From the NCBI GenBank assembly GCA_038529885.1, contig JBCBDI010000001.1:1-32980 (forward strand): a stretch of 32,980 bases of DNA, given 5' to 3'. This stretch comes from Pseudomonadota bacterium. GTDB lineage: Bacteria > Pseudomonadota > Alphaproteobacteria > Caulobacterales > Hyphomonadaceae. Shown piece by piece: positions 18,416 to 27,000 of the stretch (positions are counted from its first letter, which is position 1; each line of letters starts with the position of its first letter). Under the pieces are notes generated by a model. The model worked only from the letters and a program-made list of their open reading frames with translations. It had not been told where the DNA came from and did not search any database. Both the position numbers and the translations under genes were made by a program.

Positions 18416-19125
18416 CCGTCTGATTTCATTCGAAATCCATATTCAACGCCAACTTCACCGAGGAAATGGGTGTCGCGCCAATAGGCGTTCTCGGCAATCA
18501 CCAACATGCCGCTCGCAGCCGCCGTTTCAATGCGATCTTGAAGCGCGTCTTCGGCTTCGATTTTGCGGGCATCGACACGCAAACTGTCGAGTAAGAGACG
18601 TAGGGAGTGGTTTAGGGGGGTGTCCCAGGAGCGGGTGGCGTTGAGAGACACTCGGAAACCGCAGCGGCGGAGGCGTTCAATGCCGTCTTGCGCGTCTTTT
18701 GCAGACGGCAAAGCCAGCGCTGCAGCATCAACTTCGAGGCAAATTTCTTGCGGCAACAGACGCGTGCGCGCCATCGCCGCATCGCACGCCATGGCGGTGT
18801 CTGCATGGATCAAAGCCGGCAGCGGAATCGGCACAATCACAGGCCGCTCCGTCGTGCGATTATGCGCGTCATGGGCAATGTCTTCAACGCGCTCAGCAAT
18901 CCATTGAGCGGGGGAAGCAGCGTCGCTGCGTTCTGCAGCGAGCGCCACTCTGCCGAACGCCGCACGTTCTTCGAAACGCTTCTCGGCGTCGGCAAACAGG
19001 AGGACAGCCTCACCGGTTTCCAGGTGCATGACCGGTAAAAGCCTATTGCGAACAGGCATGTAGGCGGGAGGGGCGGGGTGGTGATCAGTAAACTGGCGCA
19101 TTCTGCTTCCGTGACGTTGCGACAA
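18412..19125 (-). CDS. Stand-alone degenerate EAL-domain protein
   Basis: EAL-fold landmarks in order (PVMHLETGEA, PQEICLEV, LRRCGFRVSLN, LDSLRVDARKI, VIAENA, GVEYG), but no EAL or DDFGTG motif. Start uncertain (TTG 19125 or ATG 19101). Confidence 0.7.
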   Translation of the reverse strand: MSQRHGSRMRQFTDHHPAPPAYMPVRNRLLPVMHLETGEAVLLFADAEKRFEERAAFGRVALAAERSDAASPAQWIAERVEDIAHDAHNRTTERPVIVPIPLPALIHADTAMACDAAMARTRLLPQEICLEVDAAALALPSAKDAQDGIERLRRCGFRVSLNATRSWDTPLNHSLRLLLDSLRVDARKIEAEDALQDRIETAAASGMLVIAENAYWRDTHFLGEVGVEYGFRMKSDG

Positions 19126-19214
19126 GCGCCATACCTACTGAAACATAGTTGAAATCACGCGCATGCCGGCGTGCGGATTTCGTTCAAATTTGATCGAACT
19201 TTTACGGAGCTTGT

Positions 19215-20027
19215 ATGTCCGATCCCGCCGCCCCGCGCCTGTCTGCGACCATCTTGCTGCTCCGCGATGACCCGGCTTTGCAAGTTCTGATGGTCAAACG
19301 CCATTATGAAATCGACTTCGCCTCCGGCGCTCTGGTCTTCCCAGGTGGCAAGGCGCATGAGGAAGACGCAGACCCCGCTTGGGCCGATTGGAGCGATGGC
19401 GATTTCACTGGCGAAGACCAAGCCGCCCGCGTTTCGGCGATACGTGAGGCCTATGAAGAATCGGGGATTTTACTCGCCAGACCGGCGCACAAACGGGGCG
19501 CAGGGGCGGCACTGGTGGGGCATGATGTGGCCACCGCGCTGGCACCGTGGCGGGGAGCCGTGGACAGACGTGAGGCGAGTTTCCTCGAATTGATGAAAAC
19601 CCATGACCTCGTCCTCGCCTTGGACGCTTTGGTCCATTTCGGCCATTGGATCACCCCGACCATGATGCCGAAGCGCTTCGACACACATTTCTATCTCGCC
19701 GCGACACCGCCCGGCCAAGTCGCCGAGCAAGATGGCCGCGAGACCACCGAAGCGGTCTGGCTCGGCCCGCAACACGCGCTCGACTTGGAAGCAGCAGACG
19801 AGGCGACGATCATTTTCCCGACGCGGATGAATCTCGGCAAACTCGCCGAAACCGAGACGACCGATGCGGCGCTCACCCGGTTCGCCGCCGAGCCTGTCAT
19901 CACCGTCCTACCGGAAGTCGGCAAAGACGCGGCGGGCAATCCCTGCCTCCACATCCCGAAAGAGGCGGGCTATATCCAATCGATTGAGCCGTTGCAGCGG
20001 GTTGCAAATGTGGTGAAGAACAAATGA
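19215..20027 (+). CDS. Nudix hydrolase (NUDT19-like, possibly acting on acyl-CoA)
   Basis: SATILLLRD, VFPGGK, a Nudix box with an insertion (...SAIREAYEESG) and HWITP...KRFDTHFY. Confidence 0.88.
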   Translation: MSDPAAPRLSATILLLRDDPALQVLMVKRHYEIDFASGALVFPGGKAHEEDADPAWADWSDGDFTGEDQAARVSAIREAYEESGILLARPAHKRGAGAALVGHDVATALAPWRGAVDRREASFLELMKTHDLVLALDALVHFGHWITPTMMPKRFDTHFYLAATPPGQVAEQDGRETTEAVWLGPQHALDLEAADEATIIFPTRMNLGKLAETETTDAALTRFAAEPVITVLPEVGKDAAGNPCLHIPKEAGYIQSIEPLQRVANVVKNK

Positions 20028-20824
20028 GCAAATCCTTCGGCGATTGCGTGACCCTGACCAAAGACGGCGTGGTTGCCACGGTGACGCTGGACCGCGGCGA
20101 TGGCCGCAACGCGCTGTCTCTCAAAGCCATGCAGGCGCTGATCCACGTGGCCGAAGACTTGAGCGCCGATACCAGCACGAATGTCGTCATCCTGACGGGC
20201 GCAAGCGCCTTCACCGCAGGCGCGGACCTCAAAGACCCAGACCGCGCGGCGCTGCAAACCGCGACCCGTCTTGAACAGCGTCAGTCTCTCAAGCTTGGCC
20301 CCGACATGTGCGCCGCTTGGGAGCAGCTGGAACAGATCACCATCGCCGCGATTGAGACCTATGCGATTGGCGGCGGTGTCGCGCTGGCGGTGGCGTGCGA
20401 CCATCGTATTGTTGCTGAAGACGCCTTTTTCCGCCTGCCAGAAATCCCGCTCGGCATGAATATGAGCTGGCAGACCAATCCGCGCACCGTCGCGCTGGTC
20501 GGTCCGTCGCGAGCCAAACAGTTCACCATCCTCGGCGAGCCTTGCCCAGCAAGCCAAGCCCTTGAATGGGGGCTTGCCGATCAAATGGTGCCGACGGGCG
20601 AAAGCCTCGCCGCCGCCCAGGCGCTTGCCGAGCGCTATGCCAAAGTCCCGCCCATTGCCCTGCGCATGACCAAGCAAGCGATCAATGTCGCTGCCATGCC
20701 GCTCGGACACGCGACCAGCTATATGGACCGTGACCAGTTCGCCTATGCCTCGACGACGTCGGACCAGGCCGAAGCCATCCAGGCTTTCCTGGAAAAGCGG
20801 GACCCACAGTTTAAAGGCGACTAG
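20024..20824 (+). CDS. Enoyl-CoA hydratase/isomerase (crotonase) family protein
   Basis: RNALS, AFTAGADL oxyanion motif, AIGGGVALAVACDHRI, FRLPEIPLG and C-terminal AFLEKRDPQFKG. ATGA overlap with the Nudix gene. Confidence 0.93.
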   Translation: MSKSFGDCVTLTKDGVVATVTLDRGDGRNALSLKAMQALIHVAEDLSADTSTNVVILTGASAFTAGADLKDPDRAALQTATRLEQRQSLKLGPDMCAAWEQLEQITIAAIETYAIGGGVALAVACDHRIVAEDAFFRLPEIPLGMNMSWQTNPRTVALVGPSRAKQFTILGEPCPASQALEWGLADQMVPTGESLAAAQALAERYAKVPPIALRMTKQAINVAAMPLGHATSYMDRDQFAYASTTSDQAEAIQAFLEKRDPQFKGD

Positions 20825-21063
20825 GACGCGCCTGGGGGCAACCGAACGCCCTGACGGTGATCCTAGATTCGAGGCCGGGTCAGCGCGGTTTTGACGCCTA
20901 AGTCCGCGTCACTCGACCTCTTTGTTATCCCACTGTCTCAAAATCCAAAAAATACAACTCAAGCGCGTAACGATTGAGACGCTCGGCGAATGATCGCACC
21001 GCAAACCAATGGCAGCCTCTGTGACTGAGCCCGAACCGTTCGGGCAAATAGGCGGAGTGCAAC

Positions 21064-24000
21064 ATGGTGAAATGGGATGGGCTAAAAGGGCTGCGTAAGT
21101 GGGGGAAGACATGCGCCGCCCTTGGCGCGATGCTGGTGGTTGGCTTAAGCGGCGCAGGGCTGCAAGCGGCCGCACAAGATGAGCGGGTCTATGATTTTAC
21201 CTATCAAGGCGCATCGCTGCCTTATGTTTATAATTCACGCGTGGTGAAGTCCGGGAATGCCGAAAGCGATTTGGAATTCACGTTCGAGGTCACCGAAGAC
21301 TTCGTCATCGATTACGTGAGCTTCGTTCTCGAAGCGTTCCTGCTTAACGTCGGCTATAATAGGATCGATATTATTTCGCCTGCTGGGACCAGAGTGAAGA
21401 TTCTCGAGAATGCCTGCGGCGCAGCACAGCAGAGCGTAGTTTTAGGCGAGCCCATATATGAACCAGATACGTCACGACTGAGTGTCTTTCCGCAGCCAAA
21501 TGACCCAAGGTTCCTTGCCAATCTCTATCCTGCCAATAAACAAATTCCTTCATTGGCCATAGACGGTCCGGGCAAACCACTCCGATATGAATTTGCGGAC
21601 GATGGCTCGCGAGTTGGGAGTGCAAAATCAACTATTCCTCAAATTCCACTATCCGACAATGGCGTATGTACGGACCGGTTTGCTTCCCCCCCGACTTGGC
21701 CCGGTCCCTCTGAACCCGGCGTTTCAAGTGGTTGGGGTAAACTGGGCGCTTTTGCAACGCTTCCTCAGGACGTGTACAGCCCTCAATTAGGCGAGAATTT
21801 TGAGCGTCTTCGCGGTGAAAATGCCAAGGGAACCTGGACGCTAAGAATCCGAACGAGCACTGATTTCAGCGTAGAAACGAGACTAAGACATCCTGAATTC
21901 CAGAACTTGGATATAAATGCTTGGCAGCTCAACTATCGGATCATCTCATCGGCGCAGCTAGTCTTTTCCGAGCAAGCGACGCCGCCGGAACTGACCCTTG
22001 AGTTCGAGCCAAACCAGGTTTCGCTCAACGAAACGACCGAACTTGTCATGACAATTGATAATCCCAATTCAGATGAAGGTGTAACGGATATAGAGTTTAC
22101 GGCACCGGGCTTTCGCCCGCTTTCGACGCTAGGATTGGAATTGGCATCCACGACGCCGACGCGAAACACGTGTGGTGCAAGTGTTGAGGCGGTCGCTCCA
22201 ACGAGTGTCCGACTGGCGTCCGACCGAAGCAGTCCGGTGAATCCCGGCGAAGATCGCATTACGGTAAGGAACGCCACGGTGAGTCCCCGGGCTTCGTGCG
22301 AGATTGCGGTCCCATTGCGCGCGACAATCGTTGGCGCTCTGCCCTTAATGTCTTCGAGTGTCTCTTCGTCCCGGGGGGCATTTGGTGGCGACCAGGCCGA
22401 ATTGATTGTAGCAGACGAGAGGAATTTTCAAGTTCGTCACGAGTTTTCAAGATCTGAACTCCGCGTAGGAGAAAACATCACTCACACCATCACGTTCGAT
22501 AATACCCAAAGCACCATACCCGCTGAGAATATCCGGTTCTATATCGAATACCCGTTTGGGATTGATCATGTGCAAGGGGCGAGGCCAATCGTTTCAGGGC
22601 TTTGCAACTGGGACCTTTGGAGCGATGGGGTGTATCAATTCGGCACGCGCAATTATGATGATAATTTTAGCGGATCGCCCCCCGCTACAACAGTTCCTGC
22701 GGGAAAGACTTGTACGGTCACAATGGAGGGCGTCGGCGTTATTAACCGCGCCGACTGGCGAACCTACCGTACTGCAGTTGGACATGGCCCTGCAAAAACG
22801 TTTGGTTTCAACGATGGAGTTGCGTTTTCCGAAGTGCTTGAAGCTATCGCCGTGAGAGTGGGCAACCTTGATCGCGTCGCACTCAATGCGGCCATTGCGG
22901 GCGTAGACTTGCCATTGGGTGAAGCGACGGAACTCGTCTACACGATAGACAATTATAGCGATTTCGATCCTGTCTCAGACTTGCAATTTACAACTAATCT
23001 TCCGGTGGGCGTGTCGGTAAATGACACGGTTGTGCCTACGACCACGTGTGGAGGCTCTGTTTCACAAGATGTTGCCGCAAATTCAATTACGCTGTCTGGC
23101 GGTGCTCTGACGCCGATGCAATCATGTGAGGTGCGTGTTTCCGTGCGAGGCACAGCTCTCGGCTTTAAAACGGTCTCCAGTTCCGAGCTGTCCACCAGTC
23201 GAGGGACCTTTGCTGGGGCTGATGCGTTCATCGAAGTCAAGACCGCAACCAGTTTTGCAATGGCGTTTGATCCCAATCCTTTAACAGTGGGTGATGCGGG
23301 TGAGTTGGTCTACGAAATTTCGAACGAAACAGACTCGCTGACCACTGGGCTCGCTTTCTCGCATGAGCTACCGAGCGAGGTCTTCATCATGGCTCCCACC
23401 GCTGTTAGAAATGCGTGTGGCGGAACGCTGAGCGCAAATGACACGACCGGTATTATTTCCCTCACGGGCGGTGTGGTTTCCGGCAACACCGTGTGTGAGA
23501 TCGCAATCCCGATCAGTTCGATTTTGGCAGGCTCCTATTTCAGCGAAACCAGCGCTCTATCCACATCCAAATTGGCTGCAGCAAGTGCATCCGATACGAT
23601 CACTGTGATTGCGCGCGATGCGACCAATCCGGCGCTGACTTTCTCCAGCCTGTTTAACTCGGATGATATCCGCCTCGGCCAAAGCTCGACCCTGACCTAT
23701 ACGATCCAAAACACAGCTGCTGCGCGTGCCGAGAGTCTCGCCTTTACAGATATGTTTCAAACTGGGCTGATTGTGGATCTGAACGCCACGGCCTTGACCA
23801 ATCAATGCGGCGGGACGTTCACCGCAGTCACGGGTCAAGATAATGTGTCGCTTGTCGGCGGTGGACTCGATGGCGGAGCGACCTGTACCATTTCGTTCGG
23901 GGTAACGCCTCAGGCAGGCGGTGATTTCCAGACCAGCAGTTCGGATCTGACATCTAGTCTCGGCACGACCCCGCCGGCTTCTGCGTCGCTTATGGTTGAA

Positions 24001-27000
24001 ACGCCCGTTGCGCCAAGCTTTAGCAAAGCGTTCGATCCAGATACGATTGAGCAAGGCGGGCGCACAACGCTCACCTATACGATCAACAATTCCACCGCCC
24101 TGGTGCCTGCAAACAGTCTCGGCTTTTCAGACACATTCGCTGATGAAGTTTTGGTCGACTTGTCACAAGCGGTGGTCGACAATCAATGCGGTGGCACTTT
24201 TGCGGCGGTCGACGGCGACACGGAAGTGTCTTTGACGGGCGGGAGTGTTGCCGCCGGGGCCACCTGTACGATCACGCTCGACATTACCAGCGCGGTTGCG
24301 GGCAGCTATACCGAGACCAGCGAGGCACTCAGTTCAACGCTCGGCGATTCCGGCACCGCATCGGCGACGCTCTCGGTCAATTCTGCCGGCGCGCCGATCT
24401 TTACCAAAGAATTCGACCCAGACGTGTTTGAACAAGGCGCAGGCACAACGCTGACCTATACGATCGATAATTCGGGCGCGTTGGTCGCGGCGAGCGGCCT
24501 GAATTTTACAGATACGTTCCCGACCAATCTGGTTGTCGATGTGTCGGTCGCTGCCTTGGACAATCAATGTGGCGGGACGGTTGTGGCCACCGATGGCAGC
24601 GGTTCGGTTTCTCTGAACCTTGGGACGGTTGGCGCTGGCCAAACCTGCGAGATTTCGATTGGGGTCCGGTCGGATGAAGACGGCACCTATAACAGGCCGA
24701 GCGGAGACTTAACCTCGTCTTTGGGCACATCGGCTGGGGCGCAGGATGAGCTGATTGTCGAACCGGCGGATGCGCCGACCTTCAGCAAAGTGTTCACCCC
24801 AAATCAGGTCATGCAGGGCGGCGGCTCGACCCTGACCTATACGATCGACAATACGGGCGCACTGGTCGCGGCGAGCGGCCTCGGCTTTACCGACACGTTC
24901 CCGACAAATCTCATTGTCGACCTGGCCCAGGCGCCGCTCGACGATCAGTGCAGCGGGACGCTTACCGCCGCCGACGGGAGCGGCACAGTCTCCTTTTCCG
25001 GCGGAACGGTTCCTGCGGGTGCGAGCTGTACGCTGTCTTTGGGTGTGCGCTCGGATGTGACCGGTGTCTATGACAGCACGAGCGGGCCGCTCTCCTCCTC
25101 GCTTGGGCAGTCTGACGGCGCGGCAGACACGTTCTCTGTGACCGATGCGGCTGCACCCGCTTTTTCCAAACTGTTTGACCCCGACACGATCATCCAAGGC
25201 GCTCTGACCTCTTTGACGTATACGATCGACAATTCCGCCTCCTTGGTGGCGGCCGCGAACCTCACCTTCACGGACAATTTACCGAATGATGTCGTGCTCG
25301 ATTTCACGCAGACTCCGCTCGACAATCAATGCGGCGGCACCCTTGTCGCGGCGAGTGGGACGAACGAAGTTTCCTTAAGTGGGGCGACGCTCGCAGCCGG
25401 AGGCACGTGTACGATTAAGGTTGGCCTTCGGTCTGATGTGGCGGATGTCTATAGAAGCTCCAGTGGCGGGCTGACCTCAAGCTTGGGACAATCAGGCTCC
25501 GCGCAGGCGACGCTGACGGTCAATGGCGCAGCAGCGCCTAGCTTCGCCAAACTGTTCGATCCAAACTCGATTACCCAAGGTGGCCTGACCACGCTGACCT
25601 ATACGATCGATAATGCGGGCGCCTTGGTTTCGGCTGACGATCTCACCTTCACCGATATATTCCCGACGGGGCTAGAGGTCGATCTCTCGCAAACCCCGAT
25701 CGCCAATACGTGCGGCGGTACGGTGACGGCTCAAACCGGCGGCTCAACTGTGGTGCTGACGCGCGGCAGCGTTGGCACGGGTGCCTCGTGCACGATCACT
25801 TTGGGCGTGACCTCAGCGGTGGCGGGCACGTTGGATAGCGACAGCGAAGAATTGACGTCGTCGCTTGGCGATAGCGGCACGGCCAGCGCGACCCTCACGG
25901 TCACCGGCGCGAATGCCCCGGCCTTTACCAAACTGTTCAACCCCAACCCAATCGTTCAAGGCGGGCTGACCACGCTCACTTACACAATCGACAATTCAGC
26001 GGCCCTCGTGCCAGCGGAAGGTTTGGACTTCACCGACGCGTTTCCGTCCGACCTCTTGGTTGATCTCTCGCAAACGCCGATTGACAATCAATGCCAAGGA
26101 ACGGTCACGGCAGTCACTGGCACGGGGCAAGTGTCTTTGTCCAACGGCTCCGTCGCGGCGGGCGCCAGCTGCACGATCACACTCGGCGTCACTTCGGCCG
26201 CTGAGGGCTCCATTGATAGTGTGAGCGGGCTGCTGGATACGAGCCTCGGGCAATCGCCTGGCGCGAGCGCGACTTTGACGGTCGATGGCGCCGATGCGCC
26301 GCTCTTTGCAAAAGTGTTTACGCCAGATCAGGTGCTTCAAGGCGCGGTGACGACGCTGACTTACAGCATTGATAATGCCTCAGCGCTGGTGGCGGCGGAG
26401 GACCTTGCCTTTACCCATACATTGCCAGCCGACCTGTTCGTGGATCTTTCTCAGAACGCGGCTGACAATCAGTGCGGCGGCACGCTGACCGCCACAGATG
26501 GAAGCGCTGAAGTCAGTTTGACGGGCGGCTCTGTCGCTGCAGGCCAAAGCTGCACGATTACCGTTGATGTGAGCTCTGCTGTCGCGGGCGATTATGATAG
26601 CGCCAGTAATGAGCTCACCTCGACGCTCGGGTCGTCGGGCACCGCGACGGCGTCGCTCACGGTTGACACGGCGCAGGCGCCTGCCTTCACCAAAGTGTTT
26701 GCGCCAGATCAAATCGTGCAAGGCGCGAAGACGGTTTTGACCTATACGATTGATAATTCAAACTCTTTGGTCCCTGCGGACAATCTTGAATTTACCGACG
26801 CGTTTCCGGCGGACCTATTGATCGACCTGTCTGAGGCGCCGATTGACAATCAGTGCGGCGGGGCGCTCACGGCCTCGCCCACGGATGGCGAAGTCATCCT
26901 TTCTCAAGGGCTGGTGGATGCGGGCGCGAGCTGCACGATCACGCTCGGAGTGCGGTCTGACGTGGCAGGTTCTTATGACGGTGAGAGTGAAGAGCTCACA

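Noticed and set aside
19151-19199. Inverted repeats and GTTC/GAAC words between the EAL and Nudix genes as a LexA or sigma54 site
   Set aside because: The spacing fits neither GTTC-N7-GTTC nor GG-N10-GC.
20995-21063. Resemblance to a c-di-GMP-I riboswitch (GCAAACC...GCCTCTG...CGGAG)
   Set aside because: It lacks the GNRA-capped P1 stem and the GACGCAAAG junction. An Infernal search against the c-di-GMP-I model would settle it. It is kept only as a generic structured leader.
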